Positions 52,206 to 61,558 of a stretch of 64,000 nucleotides of DNA are shown in pieces (position 1 is the first letter of the stretch; each line of letters starts with the position of its first letter). The notes beneath the pieces are model-generated. The model did not search any database, was not told where the DNA came from, and worked only from the letters and a program-made list of their open reading frames with translations. A program made the translations under genes and the position numbers. The DNA lies in NCBI GenBank assembly GCA_963768055.1, contig CAVYGN010000002.1, positions 1,248,001-1,312,000 on the forward strand, given 5' to 3'. This DNA comes from an uncultured Spirochaetota bacterium. Its GTDB lineage: Bacteria; Spirochaetota; Brevinematia; Brevinematales; JAOACQ01.

Positions 52206-52791
52206 AGGGAAAAAAGCCGACGGTAGGGTCGGAATGTGGCTTTTTATTTCTACGGAAGTCTTATTATTCGGCGGTTTGTTCCTTCTTTATTCGATGTACA
52301 GATTTAAACACGCGGTGGATTTTCATAACGGGTCTCTGGAGCTTTCCAGATTTGACGGAGCCCTGAATACATGCATCCTGATAACCAGCAGTCTTTTTAT
52401 AGCGCTTTCAATCTATTTCATGAACAGGAAAATGGAAAAGACCGCAGGGATCTACCTTTTATTGACAATATCGATGGCTTTCGGGTTTCTGATCGTAAAG
52501 GCGTTCGAGTGGGGCGCAAAATTCGAACATGGGCTTTACCCCGGGGCGAAGTATCTCCTCACTCTTCCAAAAGGGGAAATACTTTATTTCGGCCTTTATT
52601 TCATGATGACGGGACTCCATGCCCTTCACGTAATTGTCGGGATTGGAGTTTTGTCGTTAATGTATATTTTTCTACGCAGGGGCGTCCTTACGAAAATTTC
52701 CCCGGTAATGCTTGAAAATTCGGGGCTTTACTGGCATCTAGTCGATATTATCTGGATATTCCTCTTTCCGCTTTTCTATCTTATTACTTAG
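52192..52791 (+). CDS. ctaE: Cytochrome c oxidase subunit III
   Basis: GMWLFISTE, TGLHALHV, YWHLVD. Confidence 0.95.
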   Translation: MPENKGKKADGRVGMWLFISTEVLLFGGLFLLYSMYRFKHAVDFHNGSLELSRFDGALNTCILITSSLFIALSIYFMNRKMEKTAGIYLLLTISMAFGFLIVKAFEWGAKFEHGLYPGAKYLLTLPKGEILYFGLYFMMTGLHALHVIVGIGVLSLMYIFLRRGVLTKISPVMLENSGLYWHLVDIIWIFLFPLFYLIT

Positions 52792-52800
52792 GAGGCGCTT

Positions 52801-53089
52801 ATGGGTGAAAAGAGCGTTAAAGAAGCAGGGATAGGCACATATCTCACTATCTGGGCCGCACTTATTATCTTTACAGGAATCACGGTTACCACGGCGAGCT
52901 TAAATCTGGGGCAGATAGGCATTGTGATCGTGCTTTCCATAGCGGCAATTAAATCGACCCTGGTGCTGCTCTATTTTCATGCACCTGCGCTACCAGAAGA
53001 TGACATTAATAAAACTTGTTATTCCTATAGCGATCGTTGTTCTCGCTATTTTTATCGGCTTGACATATTCCGACGTCGTCTCAAGGTAA
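52801..53089 (+). pseudogene. ctaF: Cytochrome c oxidase subunit IV with a +1 frameshift (possible sequencing error)
   Basis: Removing one T at 52974-52977 restores AAIKSTLVLLYFMHLRY...YSDVVSR-stop just before the RBS of subunit II. Confidence 0.85.
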
Positions 53090-53104
53090 GGAGGGATATA
53101 AAGT

Positions 53105-54022
53105 ATGTCAACATCGGCTGTCGAAGTTAACGGCGCATTGATATATATACTCGCCATTTCACTACTCATGTTCTTCCTGATAGTTTTCTTCATGGTGTAT
53201 TTTCTTGTCCGCTACAGGCGTTCAAGGAACCCGGTGCCCGAGGAATTGCATGGCGATGTTTTTCTTGAGACGGTATGGGTGATCGTTCCCATGCTGATAA
53301 TGCTTTCGATGTTTTATTACGGAATGACAGGGTTCGTATTCCTCAGGAATCCTCCGGCTAATTCCATAAATGTCAAAGTTCATGCGAGACAGTGGTCATG
53401 GCTCTTCGAATATGCCAACGGCACAAAAAGCCCCGATCTTGTCATTCCTCTCGGGAAAAATATAAGATGCGAACTTTCTTCCGACGACGTTATCCATGGG
53501 TTTTACATCCCGGCCTTCCGTATACAGCAGGATGCGCTGCCGGGATTCAAAACCGAAGCCTGGTTCAATGCGACGGTTCCCGGAACTTATGATATTTTAT
53601 GTTCCCAATACTGCGGTTTGAAACATTCGGACATGCTTGCGAAACTTGTCGTGGTTTCTTCCGATCAGTTCGATACATGGCTCGCGGGCGGGAAAATAAG
53701 CTATCCGGGAAAATCCCAGCCTTCGGGCATGCCCCCCGGATACATGCTGATCAGGGAGCGGGGATGCCTTTCGTGCCATTCCCTGGAAGGCGTAACCATG
53801 AGCGGGCCGCCTCTTAACGGTCTTTACGGTTCACAGGTTAAGGTTGTTACCGGAGGTGTCGAAAGGGTCCTCACCGCCGACGACGAATATATAGAAAAGC
53901 ATATCATTACACCGGGGGTTGATGTGGTGGAAGGGTTCCCGAATATTATGCCTTCCGGGAGAAACGAGCTTTCAGACAAGGAAATAGACGAAATTATTAA
54001 ATATCTTAAAACCCTGAAGTGA
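53105..54022 (+). CDS. ctaC: Cytochrome c oxidase subunit II with fused cytochrome c
   Basis: DVIHG, CSQYCGLKHSDM (CuA), CLSCH heme c. Confidence 0.95.
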   Translation: MSTSAVEVNGALIYILAISLLMFFLIVFFMVYFLVRYRRSRNPVPEELHGDVFLETVWVIVPMLIMLSMFYYGMTGFVFLRNPPANSINVKVHARQWSWLFEYANGTKSPDLVIPLGKNIRCELSSDDVIHGFYIPAFRIQQDALPGFKTEAWFNATVPGTYDILCSQYCGLKHSDMLAKLVVVSSDQFDTWLAGGKISYPGKSQPSGMPPGYMLIRERGCLSCHSLEGVTMSGPPLNGLYGSQVKVVTGGVERVLTADDEYIEKHIITPGVDVVEGFPNIMPSGRNELSDKEIDEIIKYLKTLK

Positions 54023-54876
54023 AAAAAATAAAATATTTAGGCATACTTGGAGAACTGGCGAGGGTTAATCTTTCCCTTGCCGTGTCTTTTTCCGCGGCCG
54101 CCTGTTATTTTATGAAAAGACAAAGGGTAGATTGGGCGGCTTTGTATACATTCCTGGGGGTTTTTTTATTATCCGCCTCGGCTTCGGCGTTAAATCAATA
54201 CCAGGAAAGGGCCTTCGATGCGATCATGGGGAGGACGAAGGGGCGTCCAATTCCTTCCGGAAGGCTGTCTCCTGCGGCGGCTGTTTACACGGCTTTCATC
54301 TTCGGGATTGCCGGGTTTTCCATCCTCTTTTTCAGCGTATCGCCCGTACCGGCTTTTCTCGGGATTTTGACACTTTTATGGTATAACGTTTTATATACTC
54401 CCTTAAAAAGGGCTTGGCCTTACGCGTTTATTGCAGGGGCTTTTTCAGGAGCGATCCCTCCAATTATAGGCTGGTCGGCGGCCGGGGGCGGACTTTTCGA
54501 CCATGCGATTTTAATTGTTTCATTATTCATGTATTTATGGCAGATACCCCATTTTCTATTGCTTAATCTGGAGTATCGCGAAGAATATTCGTCGGCAGGG
54601 TTCCCCTCGGTTTTTAAAGGGAGGGATGGAAATAATGCGGTCAGGATTATTTTTTTCTCCCTTATCGGTGCGGCGGCTGTAACATTTTTCTTTCCCCTGT
54701 TTAAAGCTGTATCGGGTATAATCGTTCCGGGGGTCATGATACTTGCAGGTTTGGCGGTAATATTATACTTTTACATCAATACTTTCACCCTGAAAAATGC
54801 TTTCGAATTTAAAAGATGTGTAAAGGCTCTTTATTATTACCAGGCGGCGGTTCTTATATTGATAATGCTAAAGTGA
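54019..54876 (+). CDS. cyoE: Protoheme IX farnesyltransferase (heme O synthase)
   Basis: NQYQERAFDAIMGRTKGRPIPSG, YTPLKR, WQIPHF. Confidence 0.93.
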   Translation: MKKIKYLGILGELARVNLSLAVSFSAAACYFMKRQRVDWAALYTFLGVFLLSASASALNQYQERAFDAIMGRTKGRPIPSGRLSPAAAVYTAFIFGIAGFSILFFSVSPVPAFLGILTLLWYNVLYTPLKRAWPYAFIAGAFSGAIPPIIGWSAAGGGLFDHAILIVSLFMYLWQIPHFLLLNLEYREEYSSAGFPSVFKGRDGNNAVRIIFFSLIGAAAVTFFFPLFKAVSGIIVPGVMILAGLAVILYFYINTFTLKNAFEFKRCVKALYYYQAAVLILIMLK

Positions 54877-54881
54877 TGCGA

Positions 54882-55094
54882 TTAAGCGGTTTCGTCAAAA
54901 TTATTGCCCAGGTTCGGTTCTTCGAGGGGCCTTTCCCTTGCGGGTTCCCTTTCCCTTGCCTGAGGGTTGTCAGCTTCAGTTTCTTTCACAGTCTCCTGTT
55001 CATTAATCTGCCTGGCTTCCTCGGCTTTTATCTGCTCTCTTTGCTGCGGTTCCAATATCGTTTCGAAAGGCTGCTGCACCTGTGAAATGATCAT
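54882..55094 (-). CDS. Small acidic protein, related to 59881-60084
   Basis: MIISQVQQ...LGNNFDETA; AGGA RBS. Confidence 0.7.
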   Translation of the reverse strand: MIISQVQQPFETILEPQQREQIKAEEARQINEQETVKETEADNPQAREREPARERPLEEPNLGNNFDETA

Positions 55095-55137
55095 ATTAAT
55101 TTCCTATAATATAATCTAATTTCAAGCGGGAAATAAG

Positions 55138-56067
55138 TCAATTCACGCTTCTTATAAGAAAAGCAAGTTCCATCCTGCTGTTTACATGGGTTTTGCTGTA
55201 AATATGATGGATATGGTTTTTAACGGTTTTTGGAGAAATGAAAAGTTTATCGCTCATCTCGCGGTTATTCAACCCCCTGAGGATTAACAGGAGAATCTCC
55301 TGTTCGCGGCCGGAAATGCCGTATTTTTCGTAAAAGGCTTTACCCGGCTCGTTTAACGGCGATGTTTCGGGAAAACGAGGGAAAAATCGTATAGTTATGA
55401 TCAGGAAAAAAAGGTTCAAGAGGAAATAAAAAGAGAGTTGAAAAACAAGGCCTCCTATATTTCCCATATCAAGATATCCTCCCGCAATCCGTGAGGAAAA
55501 CCAATCGAATATAAGAAATCCGTAGTAAAAAATTAAAGCGGCCCATAACATCCATGAAACAATTTCATTTTTTACGATATTTTTACGGTAGACTACGGCT
55601 ATAACCGGAAGAGAGACTGCGATAAGTATCTGAACTCCTGAAGTAAACCATTCCAGTATTGAAAAAAGCAAAGCCCCTCCGGTAATAGTACCGGAAAATA
55701 AATAAGGGATTGAGAATGCCGCCGCCGTTGTTAAAGCAAAAATCGTGACAGTAATAATTCCCCCTTTTTCATACTTTAAGGCCAGCAGATGCATCAGCAT
55801 TGCCGGAATGAAGAATAAAAAAAGACGGCTTAAATCTTCAATTAAATTGTAAAGAACCATGGTAGTAATGTAATAAACCGACCGGTCCAATCTGACCGAA
55901 AAGAGCAATCCGAAAAGAATAACCCTTAATGTAAAGATCAACAGGAATACCATATAAAACAGAACAGTGCGGTTCCTGTATTTTAAATAATAAATTATGG
56001 AGACAACGAGAGATGCAAATCCCATTGAAAAGGATGCGATTTGTATATATATAAGCAATTCTAACAT
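55138..56067 (-). CDS. Membrane-anchored LuxR-family regulator
   Basis: About 7 TMs, then ISGREQEILLLILRGLNNREMSDKLFISPKTVKNHI. Confidence 0.92.
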   Translation of the reverse strand: MLELLIYIQIASFSMGFASLVVSIIYYLKYRNRTVLFYMVFLLIFTLRVILFGLLFSVRLDRSVYYITTMVLYNLIEDLSRLFLFFIPAMLMHLLALKYEKGGIITVTIFALTTAAAFSIPYLFSGTITGGALLFSILEWFTSGVQILIAVSLPVIAVVYRKNIVKNEIVSWMLWAALIFYYGFLIFDWFSSRIAGGYLDMGNIGGLVFQLSFYFLLNLFFLIITIRFFPRFPETSPLNEPGKAFYEKYGISGREQEILLLILRGLNNREMSDKLFISPKTVKNHIHHIYSKTHVNSRMELAFLIRSVN

Positions 56068-56123
56068 GGGCAGTTCCTCATAATATTTTATTCCGAGTAT
56101 GGCGAATAGTCAAAACAATATTA

Positions 56124-56165
56124 AAATGAACCGGTATTACCATGCAAATGAACCGTTTTACCCAT
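56124..56165. promoter_or_regulatory. 22-bp-period direct repeat, probable LuxR site
   Basis: AAATGAACCGGTATTACC / AAATGAACCGTTTTACCC between the divergent genes. Confidence 0.6.
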
Positions 56166-56218
56166 TGTTAAATTGCGTTTAAAATGCTACCATTATTTCA
56201 TTAAAGGAGGATCGGACA

Positions 56219-57100
56219 ATGAGTAAAAAGTTTAAAATTCTTTTAATGTCGTTTTGTTTCTGCTCATTTCTAGTCGCAGCAGTTTTTTCTATGGGCGGCA
56301 AAGTAGAAAATATTCCTATAAAGCCTTATTCGCGTATTAATATTCATGACGGCGAATTTCTGAAATATGTAAATTATGAGGACGGAGGGGGAATAGGCGG
56401 AGTATTTTACCAGGTAACCAGGATTGAAACCAATAAGGCTGGAAATATTTTATACAGGATCTATCAATGCATACTTTCCGCTAAAGACTTTAAAAAATCC
56501 CCGGGATACTATAAAAATTGGCCTTCGTATTACCTGATAGACCCGAAGTTGGGTTCTGTAATCGAATCATTGACCGTTTACAACACAAACGATACGAAAA
56601 ATGAAGTTAATTACAGTATGGGATTCGAGGGGATGGTATACTGGCATTATAAATTTGATTATGAAACAGGGCATATTGAAAATGTTACAAAATATGTAAA
56701 AGATACTCTAACGAACACGAAAACATGCAGTGTAAACGTGAATCCCGATATACCTGCCTGGGACCCGACTTCCCTCATATATTTTCTTGGAAGGTTCTTA
56801 GATCCGCGAAGCCCCGGAATTTTTTATATGGTGGCTCCTGAAATTATGAAGAATCCCATCCCTTTTTCGATAAAGCTGGCTAAAAAGGAAAACATAAGTA
56901 CAAAAGCAGGTAATTTTATAGCAAACAAAGTTAATACTATCTCCGGCGATCCGTTTATAGGGAAACTGATGGAACCTTTCATAAAAAATTGGATAATCTG
57001 GGTTGCCGATTCGGACAGCAGGCTTATAGTTAAATTACGTCCCCCGGCCGGAGGGCTTAGTATTGTTCTCGAAGAGATTTCAAACGTGAATGTTAAGTAG
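56219..57100 (+). CDS. Exported hypothetical protein
   Basis: Signal peptide, AAAGGAGG RBS, beta-rich. Confidence 0.75.
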   Translation: MSKKFKILLMSFCFCSFLVAAVFSMGGKVENIPIKPYSRINIHDGEFLKYVNYEDGGGIGGVFYQVTRIETNKAGNILYRIYQCILSAKDFKKSPGYYKNWPSYYLIDPKLGSVIESLTVYNTNDTKNEVNYSMGFEGMVYWHYKFDYETGHIENVTKYVKDTLTNTKTCSVNVNPDIPAWDPTSLIYFLGRFLDPRSPGIFYMVAPEIMKNPIPFSIKLAKKENISTKAGNFIANKVNTISGDPFIGKLMEPFIKNWIIWVADSDSRLIVKLRPPAGGLSIVLEEISNVNVK

Positions 57101-57192
57101 ATAGGAGTATTTTAGCGGTTATATGCTTGAAATTTTTTCTTGCATTGAATAAAATATTATCCTGAATCGAATTTTTTGATGGAGGTGATCCG

Positions 57193-58428
57193 ATGGACTC
57201 TCAAAAAGTAATAGTCTATCCCTACAGATGGGTGATTCTCTTATCCTACATGATAATAATGGCGCTGCAACAGCTCCTCTGGATAACTTTTGCAAATATT
57301 ACTGTGGAAGCAGCGGCATTCTATAATGTTTCCGATATCAGTATCGGCCTGTTATCGATGGTATTTATGATAGCATATGTATTCGTATCAATACCCTGTT
57401 CCTGGCTGATCGACACCAAGGGTTTCCGTTTCGCAGTAGGGCTGGGGGCGGTAATTACAGGCGTATTCGGCCTTCTGCGCGGCATATTCGCCGGGAACTT
57501 CATAATCGTTTTTCTCTGCCAGATGGGCATAGCCGTAGCTCAGCCGCTTGTCATTAACGCCGTAACCAGGGTTTCATACAGGTGGTTCCCCATGAGCGAA
57601 AGGGCCACCGCGGGGGGTTTAGCCTGGCTTGGCGCATATGCCGGCATTATAATCGGCCTGACCCTCACGCCTTTTCTGGCTAAAGTTCAGGGGATAAGCG
57701 GCATGCTCATAGATTACGGAGTGGTATCCGCCGCCGCCGCCATATTATTTATATTTACGGCAAAGGAAAATCCTCCTACTCCCCAGAGCCCTCTTGAACA
57801 GGAGGAAAAGACTTTAGTATTCGAAGGGTTGAGAAGGCTTATTGCAAAAAAAGACTTCGTTTTCCTGATGCTTATATTTTTTGTCGGCCTCGGGGTTTTT
57901 AACGCCATTGCGACATGGCTCGAGGAAATAGTAAAACCGAGGGGCTTCACGTCCGAACAGGCGGGGATAATGGGCGGAGTGATGGTAGCCAGCGGCATAT
58001 TGGGGTCGGCCGTTGTACCCATGCTCTCGGACAGATTCAGGAACCGCACCCGTTTCATCCTTCTGGCGGTGGCCGGATCGATTCCGGGGCTACTTGGGAT
58101 AGCTTTTTCGACCAGTTACCCTGTAATACTCCTGTCATCTGCAATCCTGGGATTTTTCCTGCTGAGCACCGCACCTGTCGGGTTTCAGTACGGTTCGGAG
58201 ATTGCAAAACCGGCCCCGGGTGGAACCTCTACCGGAGTGCTCATGATGATGGGTCAGGTTTCCGGGATAGCCTTCATCTTCGGCATGGATATTTTTAAAT
58301 CGCCCATCACCGGGTCGATGACATCCCCGATGGTAGTTCTTATCCTCCTGATGATCATCTGCATAATGCTTGCGATATTCCTTAAGGAATCGGGGCTTAT
58401 GCGGGGGGAAAAAGAAAAGGCGGACTAA
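57193..58428 (+). CDS. MFS transporter
   Basis: YRWVIL, WLIDTKGFR, WFPMSERATA; about 12 TMs. Confidence 0.92.
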   Translation: MDSQKVIVYPYRWVILLSYMIIMALQQLLWITFANITVEAAAFYNVSDISIGLLSMVFMIAYVFVSIPCSWLIDTKGFRFAVGLGAVITGVFGLLRGIFAGNFIIVFLCQMGIAVAQPLVINAVTRVSYRWFPMSERATAGGLAWLGAYAGIIIGLTLTPFLAKVQGISGMLIDYGVVSAAAAILFIFTAKENPPTPQSPLEQEEKTLVFEGLRRLIAKKDFVFLMLIFFVGLGVFNAIATWLEEIVKPRGFTSEQAGIMGGVMVASGILGSAVVPMLSDRFRNRTRFILLAVAGSIPGLLGIAFSTSYPVILLSSAILGFFLLSTAPVGFQYGSEIAKPAPGGTSTGVLMMMGQVSGIAFIFGMDIFKSPITGSMTSPMVVLILLMIICIMLAIFLKESGLMRGEKEKAD

Positions 58429-58536
58429 AATCATTCCGCCGTTTGGTCCGAGCTCGGAGCTCGGGCTCCGGGCATGCCGGCAATAATCGACGCCGCTAGT
58501 GAAAGTAGAAAAGGGCCGAAGGCTAACGATTTCGGG

Positions 58537-59031
58537 TTAGATAGGGATTTGAGGAGAAGGCAATACGAAAAGCTCTTCCCAGGGCATAAGCTTCATTCGT
58601 GTATAAAGCCCGAATCGTCCAGCGCCGAATTTTTCTTTAAGGGCGGACCTGCTTATGGGCAGGAATCCGATCTTTTTCAGCATTTCCCTGGAAGGCCTGT
58701 TTTTCTTTTCTGCGGCCGCGAAAATCTCAGCCGGCCCGATATCATTTATTATGGAATCGTTTGCCCTGAGGATCAGTCTTTCTCCGGTTCCTTTTCTCCT
58801 GAAGGCGGGATGCACCGCAAGGTAGTAAAGATAGCCCATTTTTTTGTTTTCAAGATCGATTATCAGGTAGTCGATCGCCCCGATTATTTCAGCGCCTTCT
58901 TCCGCGACAATGGCATTCCTGAGAATGGAAAAGCTCATTTTAGCGAAATAGGCGTAAATAGGGCTGAAAGAAAGTGTGAGGATCTCGTTTATCGCCGGCA
59001 GGTCGTTTTGCACCGGCGCTCTGAAAGTCAT
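58537..59031 (-). CDS. GNAT acetyltransferase
   Basis: LAVHPAFRRKGTG, KIGF. Confidence 0.88.
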   Translation of the reverse strand: MTFRAPVQNDLPAINEILTLSFSPIYAYFAKMSFSILRNAIVAEEGAEIIGAIDYLIIDLENKKMGYLYYLAVHPAFRRKGTGERLILRANDSIINDIGPAEIFAAAEKKNRPSREMLKKIGFLPISRSALKEKFGAGRFGLYTRMKLMPWEELFVLPSPQIPI

Positions 59032-59255
59032 AAGCCCTCTTATTAATTGTAAATATAATCGGATCGGATGTAAATATAATGAACCTTTCCAAAGCAAAAA
59101 AATCCGCAGAGCTTCGGTGCAGATTCCCCACTATAAGGGAGCGCTTACAATCGGGTCCTTACCGGCTCAGCTTGATCTTATAAGTGTAACTAATTATACT
59201 GAAAGTAATAAATAATGAAAAACTTTACAAAATCTCATTCAGAAAGGAGCTTCTT

Positions 59256-59675
59256 ATGAAAAAATTGCTGTTATTCACTCTCGCAATACTTGCAATCTCC
59301 CCCTTAATTTTTGCCGGAGAAACGAATTATGTAGATAAGCTTGCAGTAAAATCCTGTGATTCTATCGTTATGACAATTGACAAAGGCGATTATAACAGGA
59401 GTTATGAACTATCTGCAAAATACTTTAAAAACTCGTTGGGGTCAAGCGACAAATGGACAGAGATGTTAAATACGGTGAGAAAACCGTTAGGGAAGAGCCT
59501 GTCAAGGGAACTTATATCGTCAAATTCCATGAACCAGGTACCGGGAGCGCCTGACGGCGATTATGTTCAGGTAAAATATAAAACATCTTTTGAAAATAAA
59601 AAAGAATCCGTTGAAACAGTCGTTGTGATTAAAGAAGACAATAAATGGAAACTGGACGGATATTTTATTAAATGA
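59256..59675 (+). CDS. DUF4019-like exported protein
   Basis: RKPLGKSLSR...PGAPDGDYV...TSFENKKESVETV...WKLDGYFIK. Confidence 0.8.
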   Translation: MKKLLLFTLAILAISPLIFAGETNYVDKLAVKSCDSIVMTIDKGDYNRSYELSAKYFKNSLGSSDKWTEMLNTVRKPLGKSLSRELISSNSMNQVPGAPDGDYVQVKYKTSFENKKESVETVVVIKEDNKWKLDGYFIK

Positions 59676-59818
59676 AATTCTAGCGGCAACCCGGATGGTA
59701 TATGACAAAAATCAAACCGGACAATTGAATTCATTGTTACTTACGAACTCACACCGGTCCTCAACGCCCTTAAAAAGCTGCTGGAAAGCGATTGAATTTT
59801 GTGAAGATGGATTCCATC

Positions 59819-59847
59819 TTGACATAAAATGAGAAAAAAAGTATATT
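59819..59847 (+). promoter_or_regulatory. Sigma70 promoter
   Basis: TTGACA-N17-TATATT upstream of the small gene at 59881. Confidence 0.75.
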
Positions 59848-59880
59848 GAATATGGAATGAATCGAGACAGGGAGGTATTT

Positions 59881-60084
59881 ATGATCATTAATCCTGTTCA
59901 GCAGTTTAATGAATTAACCGCTACCCAGAAACAAAAACAGGAAATGGAGGCAATTGAAGAAAAAAAGGCAGATCAGGCAGACCAGCAGAACAAAGCCCGT
60001 AAAGAGGAGGAGTTAAAGCCTCCGGACCAGAAGCCGACAATGGTTAAGGAACAATTGGGCAGAATAATCGATACAACGGTCTGA
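59881..60084 (+). CDS. Small charged protein, related to 54882-55094
   Basis: GGGAGG RBS; MIINPVQQ...LGRIIDTTV. Confidence 0.75.
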   Translation: MIINPVQQFNELTATQKQKQEMEAIEEKKADQADQQNKARKEEELKPPDQKPTMVKEQLGRIIDTTV

Positions 60085-60101
60085 TAAGACCGCAGATCAT
60101 G

Positions 60102-60209
60102 CTATATATTTTTTTCTGATTTTTTCTGTTGTTTCTCTTTCCTCTTTTCTTTCAGGGTCTTTTGCGGAGGTTTTTTTGTTTCTTTAGCTCCCTTGTTCTT
60201 TTCTCCCAT
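60102..60209 (-). CDS. 35-aa lysine-rich small protein (not in ORF track)
   Basis: AAGGAG RBS; MGEKNKGAKETKKPPQKTLKEKRKEKQQKKSEKNI. Confidence 0.7.
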   Translation of the reverse strand: MGEKNKGAKETKKPPQKTLKEKRKEKQQKKSEKNI

Positions 60210-60321
60210 AGTTTTCTCCTTATTCTGAATATGGTTTTCTTTCGTTATGAATATTAAAAAATATCATAAAAAAAATCAAGTAAAATTTTAACTTAAAAAC
60301 ATAAATTCCTTCGATCAGGAA

Positions 60322-61539
60322 TTACCTATTAATTTCATTTTCAGGGAATTTTTTATTGAAAACAGCCATGTCGGGATCATTATCAACTGCCTTTCCGGTT
60401 ATGGATAAATACTGGATTGTATTGTTCGAATAGCATAAAACATTGATTAATTTCGAAAAAGCCTGTTCGGAGAAATTTTCATCATCCCGGAAATAAAAGT
60501 TTGTGATCCTATGATTATCTGAAATCATTTTTGAAAGCATGTCCATTTGATTATCGTTGATAATACAGTTTATAACATGGAAAGCTTCAATGTAACTTTT
60601 ATTCAGCCGGCTGAATAAAAAGCCGGCATTTTTATCGCCGAAAGTGCTTTTATTCATTATTAATGATTTGAGATTGCTTGAATAGGTAAAAGAATCAAAG
60701 AAGTAGCCCGCGTCAATGTTTGAGAAATCCGCCTGAGTTATATAAACGCTGTCGATTATAAGGGAATTTCTGATTAAATCTCCAAGAACTATCGAATCAT
60801 AATTTAAGTCATTCGTATCTGTGTCAATTAAATAAGTAGAATTGAAGAAAATCAGGTCATATGGAATAGTTAGGTTGTCCTCGAATTTATAGGGGATCCT
60901 CAGCATTTTCCTGTCGATTCTGAAAAAATTCAGGAATTTTTTATAGACGGGAAGATTATTATTATAACAGGAATTAAGATAAATATTTACATTGTCCTCC
61001 CAGGGGCTTTTTTTATCGAGATCGATTAAATTGATCTTATTGCTTTTATCTGAGATAGTTTTTTTCAGCAGCTCTTTGCCCTTATCGGCTATAGAACAAT
61101 TTCGAAATTCTACTGTCTTGATCGTATTATTTACGTTTAATAGATCCGATAGCATTTTTGCCCCGACATCGCCGATAAAGTTGCCGTCTAAAACAAGATA
61201 AACGACTGTTTTATTTATCCTCAAGGAATAAAAAATCGGCTCGAATTCCCTGAATGTAAGTCCGAAATTTCTTAAGTTTATCCGTATTTTCCCTTCGCCG
61301 ATCTGGTCCTCGAAATTTGTAATTTCCTTTATCTGATCGTTTGTGCATTGATTTTTATAGATCTGCACCGTTAAATTGATATTTTCGCTTATGCCGGGGA
61401 TATTTTTATCTGCATTCGGATACATTATCGATTCGGCAATCCAATCCAAACTTAACCAATCAGGCAAACCAGTACAAAATGCCGGATTGATAAAAATGAT
61501 GAATAATAATACTATGGGAATTACCTTGGCAATTTTCAT
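60322..61539 (-). CDS. Exported RNI-like leucine-rich repeat protein
   Basis: Signal peptide; LVLDGNFIGDVGAKMLSDLLNVNNTIKTVEFRNCSIADKG. Confidence 0.7.
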   Translation of the reverse strand: MKIAKVIPIVLLFIIFINPAFCTGLPDWLSLDWIAESIMYPNADKNIPGISENINLTVQIYKNQCTNDQIKEITNFEDQIGEGKIRINLRNFGLTFREFEPIFYSLRINKTVVYLVLDGNFIGDVGAKMLSDLLNVNNTIKTVEFRNCSIADKGKELLKKTISDKSNKINLIDLDKKSPWEDNVNIYLNSCYNNNLPVYKKFLNFFRIDRKMLRIPYKFEDNLTIPYDLIFFNSTYLIDTDTNDLNYDSIVLGDLIRNSLIIDSVYITQADFSNIDAGYFFDSFTYSSNLKSLIMNKSTFGDKNAGFLFSRLNKSYIEAFHVINCIINDNQMDMLSKMISDNHRITNFYFRDDENFSEQAFSKLINVLCYSNNTIQYLSITGKAVDNDPDMAVFNKKFPENEINR

Positions 61540-61558
61540 AAACCGCTCCCATTGATTT

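Noticed and set aside
52801..53130. 109-aa ORF as given in the track
   Set aside because: Its C-terminus is a frameshift artefact; the subunit IV frame ends at 53089.
58474..59046. 190-aa plus-strand ORF
   Set aside because: Antisense to the GNAT gene, which has clear motifs.
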